From Paracoccaceae bacterium (GTDB taxonomy: Bacteria > Pseudomonadota > Alphaproteobacteria > Rhodobacterales > Rhodobacteraceae), in the NCBI GenBank assembly GCA_029247845.1, contig JAQWKM010000121.1, positions 1-61,005 on the forward strand: a stretch of DNA of 61,005 bases. The letters are read 5' to 3'. The notes below the pieces were generated by a model that worked only from the letters and a program-made list of their open reading frames with translations, did not search any database and had not been told where the DNA came from. The number at the start of each line of letters is the position of its first letter. Within the stretch, counting starts at the first letter, position 1. This document shows positions 1 to 9,718 of the stretch, in pieces. The position numbers were made by a program, and so were the translations under genes.

Positions 1-627
1 AGTTTTATGGCGGTCACGGGGAATTGGGCAGAGGCAATGTTATCAATTTATCTATTCGGTATCGCGGCGATAATCTCATTTACTTTCGGAACTAGTGTTA
101 GAATTTGGGAGGCACATAACGATCGTGTTTCAGCCTTTGTGCGGCCTATAAATGATACGATGCAAACTATGCCGCTTTTCGTCATCCTAATTCCTTTTGT
201 CATGGTTTTTAAAATTGGCGAGTTCACTGGGCTTCTGGCGATCATTGCCTATGCGTTTGTACCGGCTATCAGGTACGCGGAGCATGGCTTGCGCAATCTT
301 CCCGAGACTGTGATTGAGGTTGCCCATATGATGGGTGCAACGAAGTGGCAGTTGCTCTGGAGGGTGAAAATACCATTGGCACTGCCCGTAATGATGCTTG
401 GCTTCAATCAGACGATTATGTACGCGATTGCAATGCTGGTTATTGCTGCTTTGGTCGGGACAAATGGGTTGGAACAAATCGTTTATATTGGTTTAAGCGA
501 TGGTAATTTTGGGATTGGCATCGTTGCTGGTCTAGGGATGGCAATTATTGCAATCATTGCAGACCGCATGACGCAAGCTTGGAGCCGCACACGGCGCGAA
601 CAATTAGGGCTAGATAACACTGTATGA
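1..627 (+). CDS. ABC transporter permease, glycine betaine/proline-betaine type (ProW/OpuAB family); 5' end cut by window edge
   Basis: The reading frame is open from base 1 (the track ORF begins at 7). The protein is multi-TM. It carries 'MQTMPLFVILIP' and the EAA-type loop 'AIRYAEHGLRNLPETVIEVAHMMGATKWQLLWRVKIPLALPVMMLGFNQTIM', both typical of ProW/OpuAB permeases. Confidence 0.85.
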   Translation, partial: SFMAVTGNWAEAMLSIYLFGIAAIISFTFGTSVRIWEAHNDRVSAFVRPINDTMQTMPLFVILIPFVMVFKIGEFTGLLAIIAYAFVPAIRYAEHGLRNLPETVIEVAHMMGATKWQLLWRVKIPLALPVMMLGFNQTIMYAIAMLVIAALVGTNGLEQIVYIGLSDGNFGIGIVAGLGMAIIAIIADRMTQAWSRTRREQLGLDNTV

Positions 628-666
628 GACATAGCTGTCAGTACTTATGCATATTGGAGTTAGAAT

Positions 667-2979
667 ATGACCGCCTCTGATAAACTTCCTTTAACCAGTG
701 CTCATTGGGGTACTTATCGCGCACGGGTCGGCAATGGCCGCGTTCAAGAGCTATTAGCTTTTGAAGAGGATAAAGATCCCTCTCCAATAGGCCATGGTAT
801 TATTGATGTGCAGCATGGGCCGACACGCATCGATGCTCCAATGGTGCGCAAAAGCTGGCTGGGGGGTGGTCCTGGCCACCGCCCAGATTTGCGTGGCGTT
901 GATCCGTTTGTGGAAGTCAGTTGGGAAACAGCGAATAAGCTCGTGGCTGAAGAGCTCTTGCGCGTGCGCTCAGTTCATGGAAACTCATCTATATTTGGCG
1001 GCTCTTATGGCTGGGCGAGTGCGGGCCGTTTCCACCATGCTCAAAGTCAATTACACCGGTTTCTAAACTGCATTGGGGGATATACAAAATCAAAATTCAC
1101 TTATAGTTTTGCAGCGGCTGAAGCAGTGGTTCCACATATTCTTGGAAGTTATCGCGCCTACCTTGATACGTGTACAAGTTGGGGTTCGATCCGGGAAAAT
1201 ACAGAACTTTTTGTCTGCTTTGGTGGCGTTCCGTTAAAAAATGGACAGATATGCCAAGGCGGAACTGGGCATCATTATCAACGCGAAAACCTGATTGCCG
1301 CCGGCGAAGCAAATATAGATTTCGTAAATATTAGCCCCATTAAGTCCGATTTGCTTGATCAAGTAGGCGGCGCATGGCTGGCCGCGCGTCCGAATACGGA
1401 TGTAGCGATTTTATTAGGGATTGCACATACTTTGCAAAGTGAAGGGTTGAGCGATCAGTCGTTCCTTGATCAATATACACAAGGGTTTGAAGAGTTCTGC
1501 GCCTACCTGATGGGTGAGACAGACGGCGTTACCAAATCCGCTGAATGGGCAGCACAGATAAGCGAAATACCTGCTCAGACCATTCACGAACTGGCGATCC
1601 AAATGGCTAAAAAACGCACTATGATCTCTGCCAGTTGGTCATTGACCCGACAGGATCATGGGGAACAGGCTTTTTGGGCAGCAATAACAGTAGCAGCCAT
1701 GTTGGGTCAGATTGGTCTTCCAGGCGGGGGATTTGGGTTTGGATACAGTGCTGTAAACCACGTTGGTGGCCAGTTCACCATTTTGCCATTCTCGTCCTTT
1801 CCGCTGGGTCAAAATTCAGTCAGCGATTTCATTCCAGTCGCCCGTATCAGCGATCTCTTGCTGAAGCCTGGCGAGAGCTTTGACTTTGATGGCGAAGTGT
1901 ATGAATACCCCGATATCCGCCTGATGTACTGGGCTGGTGGAAACCCCTTTCATCATCATCAAGATATCAACCGCATGATGCAGGCATGGCAGAAACCAGA
2001 TACAATTATAGTGCATGAATGGTGTTGGAATTCTCTAGCTAAGCGGGCCGATATTGTGCTCCCATGTACGACGCCTCTGGAACGCCAAGATATAGCAATG
2101 ACCCCGCGTGATCCATACCTCGTATCAATGTCAAAACTTACTGAGCCTTATGGTAAAAGTAAAAATGATTACCATATTTTTTCTGGCATAGCGCGATTGA
2201 TGAACGCTGAAGTGGATTTTACCGAAAACCGCAGCGAGATAGACTGGCAGCGTAAGATATATAATGAAACACGCGATAAGACTGCCAAACTTGGGGTGGA
2301 AATTCCAGAATATGAACAGTTTTTAGAAGATGGCTGGTTTAAAGTAGATCCGCCCACAGAGCCAGTTGTGATGTTGTGCGATTTTCGTTCTGATCCGGTC
2401 AAAAATCCACTTTTGACACCCAGTGGAAAAATTGAAATATATTCACAAACCGTTGCTAGCTTTGATTATGATGATTGTCCCGGGCATCCCGTTTGGCTGG
2501 AGCCTTATGAATGGTTGGGAAGTGATAATAAGCGCTGGCCTTTGCATTTGATATCTAATCAGCCAAAGACCAAATTACATTCGCAAATTGACCACGGAAG
2601 CCATAGCAAAGCGTCCAAAGTGATGGGTCGCGAACCCGTCCATATTCATCCGGATGATGCCGCCCAACGGAGTTTAAACGATGGAGACATCATACGTATT
2701 TTTAATGATCGCGGGGCTTGCTTGGGCGGCGTTGTCATCGATACTGCCTTGCGTCCAGGCGTAATACAGATGAGTACTGGGGCATGGTATGACCCACTTG
2801 ACCCAGCCGAACCAAATAGTCTTTGCAAGCACGGAAATGCAAATGTTTTGACGCGGGACAAAGGGACCTCGAAATTGGGGCAGGGACCTTCTGCGCATTC
2901 CTGTCTTGTAGAGATTGAGCTTTACACAGAAGATCTACCGCCAGTGACGGCGCATGAACCACCACACATTGAACGCTAA
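667..2979 (+). CDS. Molybdopterin (bis-MGD) oxidoreductase of the cytoplasmic BisC/TorZ-like S-/N-oxide reductase family
   Basis: The 770-aa product is colinear with the biotin sulfoxide/TMAO/DMSO reductase family. Matching motifs are 'LTSAHWGTY', 'GSYGWASAGRFHHAQSQLHRFLN', 'YWAGGNPFHHHQDINRMMQAW', 'ADIVLPCTTPLERQD', 'SGKIEIYSQ..DCPGHPVWLEP' and 'HGNANVLTRDKGTSKLGQGP'. There is no twin-arginine signal peptide, so it is predicted to be cytoplasmic. Confidence 0.85.
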   Translation: MTASDKLPLTSAHWGTYRARVGNGRVQELLAFEEDKDPSPIGHGIIDVQHGPTRIDAPMVRKSWLGGGPGHRPDLRGVDPFVEVSWETANKLVAEELLRVRSVHGNSSIFGGSYGWASAGRFHHAQSQLHRFLNCIGGYTKSKFTYSFAAAEAVVPHILGSYRAYLDTCTSWGSIRENTELFVCFGGVPLKNGQICQGGTGHHYQRENLIAAGEANIDFVNISPIKSDLLDQVGGAWLAARPNTDVAILLGIAHTLQSEGLSDQSFLDQYTQGFEEFCAYLMGETDGVTKSAEWAAQISEIPAQTIHELAIQMAKKRTMISASWSLTRQDHGEQAFWAAITVAAMLGQIGLPGGGFGFGYSAVNHVGGQFTILPFSSFPLGQNSVSDFIPVARISDLLLKPGESFDFDGEVYEYPDIRLMYWAGGNPFHHHQDINRMMQAWQKPDTIIVHEWCWNSLAKRADIVLPCTTPLERQDIAMTPRDPYLVSMSKLTEPYGKSKNDYHIFSGIARLMNAEVDFTENRSEIDWQRKIYNETRDKTAKLGVEIPEYEQFLEDGWFKVDPPTEPVVMLCDFRSDPVKNPLLTPSGKIEIYSQTVASFDYDDCPGHPVWLEPYEWLGSDNKRWPLHLISNQPKTKLHSQIDHGSHSKASKVMGREPVHIHPDDAAQRSLNDGDIIRIFNDRGACLGGVVIDTALRPGVIQMSTGAWYDPLDPAEPNSLCKHGNANVLTRDKGTSKLGQGPSAHSCLVEIELYTEDLPPVTAHEPPHIER

Positions 2980-3020
2980 GATTTATCGCCAGATGATATA
3001 TAATTTAGAAGGATGACTAT

Positions 3021-4199
3021 ATGAAAAATCTGCAAGAAGACTCTGATTTGTCAAATACTGTTGCAGTGAGTGCCCGACGCTTTGAAGAGTCTCCTTATAT
3101 TGCGCGTACCGACAGCCCGGATATGGTCAGGGGTGTTTATGCGGGTCGTTACCTTGCTATTTACATGGGTGAAGATCCAGTGGAGAAATATTGGACGCTA
3201 CGCCAAAAGGCAGTGATCTTTGATGTTCCGGAAAAACCGGTCGAAATATCTGGGACTGATGCTGTCCCGTTTTTAGAAAAGGTTTTGGCGCGCAAAGTGT
3301 CCACCATGCAGGAAGGTCGTGGTTACTACGCTATTGCCTGTACACCCAAGGGTGGCATTTTTATGGATGGTGTTGTTTTTAAGCTTTCTGAAAACCGGTT
3401 TTGGTACGTCCAGGCGGATGGGCCGTTTGAAACTTGGTTGCTTGCGCACAGTGGCGGTTTTGACATTACAATTTCCGATCCTGGCTCACGCGTATTACAA
3501 ATTCAGGGCCCGGCCTCGATTGATATTTTGAAGGCGGCCTCCGGCGGTGGAATTGATGAAACCATGGCTTATTTTCGTTCTGGGTATTTCGATCTTGGAG
3601 GTCAGAACCTCTATGTGTCTCGTACCGGTTTTACCAATGAACTCGGCTTTGAAATTTATTCGGGTGGTGCCGCTACGGATCATATTGCCCTATGGGATCA
3701 TTTGATGGCCTGTGGCGCGCCCTACGGGTTGGAATTTTCCTCTACCCGTTCTTTGACTATTCGTAGAATTGAGGGGGGTATTCTAGGCAATACAACCGAT
3801 ATGGATATTACTATGACGCCTTATGAGGCAGGTTTGGCACCCTTTATAAATATGGCAAAAGGTGATTTTATCGGCCGTGATGCTTTGGTCGATTGTGACA
3901 GGCGATCTGTGCTTTATGGTTTGACGTGTGAAACTCATACACCCGTGGCTGGAAGTGTGGTTTTAGATGACGGGCGAAAGGTGGGTTATATCACGACGGG
4001 TGTGCCATCTCCGACACTCGGGCTGGGCATTGGCTACGTGCGATTTAAGACTCCAGGTGATTGGAGTGGTAGGACAGTAACTCTGAGCCTTCCGAATGGA
4101 AGTGAGCAGGAAAGCCACATCGTAGATTTGCCATTTTTTGATCGTCAAAAGAAAATTGTGCGCGGGATTGATCGTAGTATTCCTGAGAGAACATCATAA
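3021..4199 (+). CDS. GcvT-family aminomethyltransferase / THF-dependent demethylase (DmdA-like architecture; substrate unknown)
   Basis: The 392-aa product has an N-terminal 'SARRFEESPY' motif like the 'SRRxRxSPF' of DmdA-type enzymes. It also has 'VIFDVPEKPVEISGTDAVPFLEKV', 'YYAIACTPKGGIFMDGVVFKLSENRFWY', 'LQIQGPAS', 'SRTGFTNELGFEIY' and 'RRIEGGILG'. Confidence 0.8.
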   Translation: MKNLQEDSDLSNTVAVSARRFEESPYIARTDSPDMVRGVYAGRYLAIYMGEDPVEKYWTLRQKAVIFDVPEKPVEISGTDAVPFLEKVLARKVSTMQEGRGYYAIACTPKGGIFMDGVVFKLSENRFWYVQADGPFETWLLAHSGGFDITISDPGSRVLQIQGPASIDILKAASGGGIDETMAYFRSGYFDLGGQNLYVSRTGFTNELGFEIYSGGAATDHIALWDHLMACGAPYGLEFSSTRSLTIRRIEGGILGNTTDMDITMTPYEAGLAPFINMAKGDFIGRDALVDCDRRSVLYGLTCETHTPVAGSVVLDDGRKVGYITTGVPSPTLGLGIGYVRFKTPGDWSGRTVTLSLPNGSEQESHIVDLPFFDRQKKIVRGIDRSIPERTS

Positions 4200-4253
4200 T
4201 TTATTGCATTTTTCTGGATATTATCCATCACGCAATAAAAAGAAAGATACCTG

Positions 4254-5447
4254 ATGGCCAAAATGTTTGAGCTTACCGATGTTGAAATTCTAGAGGCCCA
4301 AGATTGGTCTTTTCCTGTTCCAATTTTTTATGGGCCCGGCCGATTAGCTGAGATTGGTCAGCAATGCTTGGTAATTGGAGTTGCCAAGCCCTTAATCGTG
4401 ACAGATCGCGGGAGCGCGGATCTGCCGTTTATTGCAAAACTTCAGGATTACCTAATTCAGGCGGGCCTACCTTCGGAGTTGTTTTTTGATGTCTCACCGA
4501 ACCCGCGAGATGATGAGATTGGGGCTGGCCGTGCAATGTTTCGCAATGGCGGCCATGATGCGATCATAGCCATTGGTGGGGGAAGTGCCATGGATGGGGG
4601 AAAGTCTATTTGCCTGACCGCAAATAATGATATCGATCTATGGGCGTTTGAATACCGCAAAGCTGTTCCTGAAATTGGTGCTGACCAAGCCTTTCCCATT
4701 CTGATAACAATTCCCACGACTGCTGGCACCGGAGCTGAGACCGAAAGTACAGCAATGGTGACCCATGTCGACAAGGGCATGAAATTCTGTATTTGGCATC
4801 CGGACCTTAAGCCGTCGCTTGCCCTTCTTGATCCTGAACTTACCGTTGGACTTCCATCCACTCTGACGGCGTGGACGGGTGCTGATGCGATGACCCATGC
4901 TATCGAGGCCTATCTTGTTCGCGGCTTTCACCCCCTTTGCGACGGAGCGGGTTTGGAGGGTCTTACTTTAGTGGCCAAATGGCTGCCGATCGCTGTGAAA
5001 GAGCCGGACAATATAATGGCGCGTGGCGCTATGCTGGTTGGGTCCTGCCTTGCGGGTATTGCGTTTTTAAAGGGCCTTGGCCTCGTACATGCGATCTCAC
5101 ATATGATTGGAGCGGAATATAATACGCAGCACGGACTGACAAATGCGATTGTGCTTCCTGTGGTTTTGCGGTTCAATCTGCTTGGCTTTGAGTACAAGGT
5201 GAAACGGATGGCACAAGCGATGGACTTATCTGATCATTCAGTAGATGCTTTTATTATCGAAGTTGAGCGTATTCTGGATGAAATCGATATTCCAAAGTCA
5301 CTTGGGAGTATTGGCATTCCTGCGGATTGCTCGCAGAGAATTGCAGAAAAGGCCATTTTAGACAGTGCAGCTGATACAAACCCCCGCGTGTCCAATGTGG
5401 AAGAAATCCGCGTCCTAATTGAAACGTCTATAGCGCAAGCGCGATAA
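4254..5447 (+). CDS. Iron-containing (group III) alcohol dehydrogenase
   Basis: It has the 'AIIAIGGGSAMDGGK' GGGS motif and metal-binding His motifs 'AMTHAIEAY' and 'HAISHMIGAEYNTQHG'. The length is 397 aa. Confidence 0.85.
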   Translation: MAKMFELTDVEILEAQDWSFPVPIFYGPGRLAEIGQQCLVIGVAKPLIVTDRGSADLPFIAKLQDYLIQAGLPSELFFDVSPNPRDDEIGAGRAMFRNGGHDAIIAIGGGSAMDGGKSICLTANNDIDLWAFEYRKAVPEIGADQAFPILITIPTTAGTGAETESTAMVTHVDKGMKFCIWHPDLKPSLALLDPELTVGLPSTLTAWTGADAMTHAIEAYLVRGFHPLCDGAGLEGLTLVAKWLPIAVKEPDNIMARGAMLVGSCLAGIAFLKGLGLVHAISHMIGAEYNTQHGLTNAIVLPVVLRFNLLGFEYKVKRMAQAMDLSDHSVDAFIIEVERILDEIDIPKSLGSIGIPADCSQRIAEKAILDSAADTNPRVSNVEEIRVLIETSIAQAR

Positions 5448-5465
5448 TTTAGAGAGTGAGTCATC

Positions 5466-6893
5466 ATGAAAAATTTGCAGAAATTTTATATTAATGGGTT
5501 GTGGGTTGCCCCTATATCGACAGCGACTTTACCAGTTCTAAATCCTGCGTTGAATGAACAGATTGGAACAGTTTCTATGGGCAATAGCGACGATGTGGAC
5601 AAAGCAGTTGCTGCTGCAAAAGCTGCATTTGTAGACTATTCACAAACCAGTAAAGCTGACCGTCTTGCCCTACTTACGCGGCTAAAAGAGGAAACGGAAA
5701 AACGGTTTGAGGATATGGCTCAGGCCATGCGCATGGAAATGGGGGCTCCTATCACGATGGCCCGCGATGCCCAAGCCGATGCGGCTGTTGGTCACCTTCA
5801 GGGCTTTATAGAGTCTTTGGAAGAGCTTCACGAACGGATGGACCTGCCAAATGGGGACGTCATGTTGCGCGAAGCCATTGGCGTTTGTGGGCTTATTACG
5901 CCATGGAATTGGCCGATAAATCAAATTGCACTTAAAGTAATCCCCGCCCTGGCAACGGGCTGTACATGTGTTTTGAAACCGTCTGAACACACGCCTATTT
6001 CGGCCATGGTATATGCTGAGATTATTCATTCTGCAGGATATCCTGCTGGGGTCTTTAACCTTGTTAACGGCGATGGACCGACTGTTGGGTCATGTCTGTC
6101 ACGTCATCGCGATATTCAGATGATGTCTTTTACTGGATCAACGCGCGCGGGCACAGCTGTGACCCATGACGCGGCTGAAACGGTCAAACGTGTCACGCTC
6201 GAACTTGGTGGAAAATCGCCAAACATTGTTTTTGCAGATTGTGATCTAAAGGCAATGGTCACAGCCTCGGTTCAGGAATGTATGTTTAACACTGGACAAT
6301 CATGTGACGCGCCAACCCGGCTTTTGGTTGAGCGTTCTTGTTATGATGAAGCGCTAAAAATTGTAAAAACAGCAGCGGAGGCGGTTGAAGTTGGTGATCC
6401 TGAAAAAGAGGGAGATCACCTTGGACCTCTGTTTGATGAAATCCAGTTTGAAAGAGTACAAAACATGATTTCTGTGGGCATTAATGAGGGGGCTAACCTG
6501 CTCGTTGGTGGTTTGGGTAAACCGGAAGGCTATGAAAAAGGGTGGTTTGTAAAACCAACAATTTTTGCGGATGTCTCAAATGACCTGCGCATCGCGCAGG
6601 AAGAGATTTTTGGCCCTGTTCTCGTCGTCATTCCATTTGAAGATGAAGCAGATGCCATATGTATTGCCAACGACACGCCTTATGGGCTTGCGGCTTATCT
6701 GCAAACTGGAAATTCTGAGCGGGCCGAACGGGTTGCAAAGCAGCTGCGCGCCGGAGCAGTACATATTAATGGCGGTGCCGTAAATTACGGAACGCCCTTT
6801 GGTGGCTATCTGCAATCTGGCAATGGTCGTGAAGGTGGGTTGATGGGCCTTGAGGATTATCTCGAGACCAAAACTCTGCACGGAGTTTTCTAA
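5466..6893 (+). CDS. NAD(P)-dependent aldehyde dehydrogenase
   Basis: It has 'ITPWNWP', 'FTGSTRAG', the 'LELGGKSP' catalytic Glu motif, the 'FNTGQSCDAPTR' catalytic Cys motif and 'EEIFGPV'. The length is 475 aa. Confidence 0.9.
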   Translation: MKNLQKFYINGLWVAPISTATLPVLNPALNEQIGTVSMGNSDDVDKAVAAAKAAFVDYSQTSKADRLALLTRLKEETEKRFEDMAQAMRMEMGAPITMARDAQADAAVGHLQGFIESLEELHERMDLPNGDVMLREAIGVCGLITPWNWPINQIALKVIPALATGCTCVLKPSEHTPISAMVYAEIIHSAGYPAGVFNLVNGDGPTVGSCLSRHRDIQMMSFTGSTRAGTAVTHDAAETVKRVTLELGGKSPNIVFADCDLKAMVTASVQECMFNTGQSCDAPTRLLVERSCYDEALKIVKTAAEAVEVGDPEKEGDHLGPLFDEIQFERVQNMISVGINEGANLLVGGLGKPEGYEKGWFVKPTIFADVSNDLRIAQEEIFGPVLVVIPFEDEADAICIANDTPYGLAAYLQTGNSERAERVAKQLRAGAVHINGGAVNYGTPFGGYLQSGNGREGGLMGLEDYLETKTLHGVF

Positions 6894-6939
6894 GAACGTT
6901 TATTTTTGAAGTTCGTGTTTATTTGTCCGTATCAAAAGG

Positions 6940-6966
6940 TAACCCACCTGGCATGAAAATGGGTTA
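6940..6966. terminator. Candidate bidirectional stem-loop between convergent genes
   Basis: A 7-bp stem, TAACCCA (6940-6946) pairing with TGGGTTA (6960-6966), encloses a 13-nt loop. A short T-run follows only on the minus-strand reading (CCTTTTGA). Confidence 0.3.
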
Positions 6967-6987
6967 GCCTAAACTGTAAGAATACAA

Positions 6988-8049
6988 TTAAGGTAGCCAA
7001 CCATCATAGAGAGGGTGGGTTGTAGAAATTGGCAAGGTAACCCGCATGCTGCTACGAGCAGAGGCATAAATCGCAGTTATCAGCTCAAGTGATTGCTTTG
7101 CGTCTTCAAGCCTAACAGCGCTGCTGTCATCACCTTGCAACGCCTTTGCGACAGCTTCGAAGAATCCTGAAAACGATGGATGTGCAAACGTAATTGAGTT
7201 CACGCATGCATCCACTTTGGATTGATCGTATGGCGCGCGCGCGGTAAATGTCCATTGTCCATCGGCCGGTTTGTACGGTAGATTTTCACTTTCAACAGTC
7301 AAGCCTTCGAAGCAAAATTTCAGGCGGCTGGTATCCTTTGCGGCGCCTAGAGTGGTGGAACTAGTAACCAGAGCGCCACTTCTCATGCGCATCGACAGCG
7401 CAGCGCAATCTTCTACTTCAATAGCATTGACCCGTGTTGCTACATCGGCAAATACGGATTGAATTGGGCCAAAAATAAAAGTTAACAAATCATGAATATG
7501 GATTGCGTGGCCCAAAATAGCTCCGCCTTGTTCCCCAGCCCAAGTACCGCGCCAGTCTACACTGTAATATACGGAGTCCCGGCTCCAATGGGTTTCTAGG
7601 GTTGCGATAAGTGGCTTTCCAGTCAGTCCCGCATCGATCAGAGCCCGCATATGACTTGTCGCCAATCCGTAGCGGTATTGAAAAATAGGGAATAGCCGTT
7701 TCCCAGTTTCTAAAGCCACCTTGATGAGCCGATCAGCATTAGCAATAGAAGTTGTCAAAGGCTTCTCGCAAATAACATGCTTTCCACTGCGCAAGGCTTT
7801 TTCAACAGCCTGATAATGTAACATCGGTGGCAGGCAAATATCGATGATATCGATTTTTGGATCATTGAGAACCTTATCAAAATCGATCTCAACTTTGGCA
7901 CCAGAACGTTCAGCAACCAAACGGGCACGGTCTGCGTTTAAATCACAAATGGTTTTTATACGGAAAAGATTTGGTAGCGCTGAGTAACCGTCGCTATGCT
8001 CGCCACCAATGCCTGCTCCAACAATGGCTACTTTATAGGGTGCAATCAT
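6988..8049 (-). CDS. Gfo/Idh/MocA family NAD(P)-dependent oxidoreductase (paralogue 1)
   Basis: It has an N-terminal Rossmann motif 'KVAIVGAGIGG', the 'CEKPL' motif and 'GGAILGHAIHIHDL'. The length is 353 aa. Confidence 0.85.
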   Translation of the reverse strand: MIAPYKVAIVGAGIGGEHSDGYSALPNLFRIKTICDLNADRARLVAERSGAKVEIDFDKVLNDPKIDIIDICLPPMLHYQAVEKALRSGKHVICEKPLTTSIANADRLIKVALETGKRLFPIFQYRYGLATSHMRALIDAGLTGKPLIATLETHWSRDSVYYSVDWRGTWAGEQGGAILGHAIHIHDLLTFIFGPIQSVFADVATRVNAIEVEDCAALSMRMRSGALVTSSTTLGAAKDTSRLKFCFEGLTVESENLPYKPADGQWTFTARAPYDQSKVDACVNSITFAHPSFSGFFEAVAKALQGDDSSAVRLEDAKQSLELITAIYASARSSMRVTLPISTTHPLYDGWLP

Positions 8050-8382
8050 CTCACTGCTTCCATTTTTTGTTTCCTTGTCACCAGTTTTATCGACCTAGAA
8101 TGTACATTTTGTGCTCTTATCTCCCACATTTACATTATTTGACCAGTCATAAAGGTGATTTGTAAGTAAAATCTCAGTAAGAGGCTTGTAACAGAAAAAA
8201 ACGAATGCATAATAAAGACTTACGTTAACGAAATGGCATGATGAGTCGCAGTTTTTTGAACATTGACAATTTCAAAGCCAATAAATTATCGAGTGAACTT
8301 GGCGTATAAGCTGAGATTATGATTAAAAACGTCTGCTAATATCACTCGGGCAGACATAGTTCTAATTGGGAGGGCATCTTTG

Positions 8383-9657
8383 ATGTTAAATTTTAAGAGA
8401 ATACTGGCTACGTCTTCTATGGTGGCCACGCTGGCTGCTACTTCGGCGCTCGCGGAAACTGAATTGCGTATGATGTGGTATAATGACGGCAATGAAAGCG
8501 AAGTCATCCAATCCATCATTGATCGTTTCGAGGCGAATAACCCAGATATTTCTGTTGTTATTGATGTTGTTCCATACAAATCTATCATGGAATCTTTACC
8601 GATTCAGTTGGCGGCTGGTGCTGGCCCTGATCTTGCCCGCGTCACAGATTTAGGTGGCCTTAGCAAATATTATATGGATCTGACGCCGCACATCTCAAAT
8701 AGCGATTACTGGGAAGCAAGCTTTGGACCGTTCCTCGATTGGCTAGCGCCGGACTCAGATAGAATTTCTGGCTTCATGACGCAGCTGACAGTAACAGGAC
8801 CGTATGTGAATAAAACCTTCTTTGAGCAAGCTGGCGTTGCTATGCCTGGAGATGGTGCAACTTGGGATGAATGGGCCGCAGCTGCCAATGATGTTGCTGG
8901 CAAATTGGATATCCCTATTCCTATGGCATGGGACCGCTCTGGCCACCGCGTTTCTGGCCCAGCTATCGCCATGGGTGCTAAAATGTTCAATGCCGAGGGT
9001 GAACCAGCCTTGGTTGATGATGGTTTAAAAGAAATGACACAGCGCCTTTATGACTGGCACCAAGATGGTACCATGACAAAAGAGCTATGGGGATCTGTTT
9101 CAGGTTCATCTTACCTTGGCGCCAATGAAGACTTCGCTAACGGCCAAGTTGTCATGTATATGTCTGGTTCTTGGCAAATTGGTCAATTCTCAGGGACAAT
9201 TGGCGATGCCTTTGACTGGTGGGCTGTGCCAGCTCCATGTGGTGCTGCAGCTTGTACTGGTATGCCAGGTGGTGCTGCACTCGTTGCGATGAAGGATACA
9301 AAACACCCAGCAGAGGTGGGCAAGTTGATGGACTTTCTTGCGCAAGAGGAAAACTTAGCTGAATTCTACGGTAAAAACCTATTCATTCCTGGTCACCTTA
9401 AGCTGGCAACTGGTGGTGTCGACTTTGCGACCGACGACGTACGTGCCAAGCATGCTTTGAGCACCTTTGCGGGTGCCGTTCCAAAAATTGCACCTACAGC
9501 TTTCGATCTTCAAGGTTATCCAAATAACCGCATCATGTTTAATGCGCTTATCTCGCGTTTGAATGAGGCGATTGTGGGTGAACTTACCCTTGAGCAAGCT
9601 TACGTGCGCATGGAAGAAGATATTGCAAAACAGCTTGCGGCAAAGGCCCTTGAGTAA
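8383..9657 (+). CDS. Sugar ABC transporter substrate-binding protein (CUT1, SBP family 1)
   Basis: The signal peptide is 'MLNFKRILATSSMVATLAATSALAETE'. GGGAGGG lies 8 nt upstream of the ATG at 8383. The track ORF begins at a TTG one codon earlier. The size (about 424 aa) and position at the head of the permease genes fit this role. Confidence 0.85.
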   Translation: MLNFKRILATSSMVATLAATSALAETELRMMWYNDGNESEVIQSIIDRFEANNPDISVVIDVVPYKSIMESLPIQLAAGAGPDLARVTDLGGLSKYYMDLTPHISNSDYWEASFGPFLDWLAPDSDRISGFMTQLTVTGPYVNKTFFEQAGVAMPGDGATWDEWAAAANDVAGKLDIPIPMAWDRSGHRVSGPAIAMGAKMFNAEGEPALVDDGLKEMTQRLYDWHQDGTMTKELWGSVSGSSYLGANEDFANGQVVMYMSGSWQIGQFSGTIGDAFDWWAVPAPCGAAACTGMPGGAALVAMKDTKHPAEVGKLMDFLAQEENLAEFYGKNLFIPGHLKLATGGVDFATDDVRAKHALSTFAGAVPKIAPTAFDLQGYPNNRIMFNALISRLNEAIVGELTLEQAYVRMEEDIAKQLAAKALE

Positions 9658-9669
9658 GTTTAATAGACT

Positions 9670-9695
9670 GAGGTTGGCCTTATGGGGCCAACCTC
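9670..9695 (+). promoter_or_regulatory. Intercistronic perfect stem-loop between the binding-protein and permease genes
   Basis: GAGGTTGGCC (9670-9679) pairs perfectly with GGCCAACCTC (9686-9695) around the 6-nt loop TTATGG. No T-run follows. Confidence 0.5.
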
Positions 9696-9718
9696 GACAA
9701 GAAAACGGACTTTAAGTA

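Noticed and set aside
3021-4199. Naming the GcvT-family gene dmdA (DMSP demethylase)
   Set aside because: The architecture is DmdA-like, but many DmdA-like paralogues are not DMSP demethylases. It is also longer than typical DmdA. Without phylogeny the symbol would be over-annotation.
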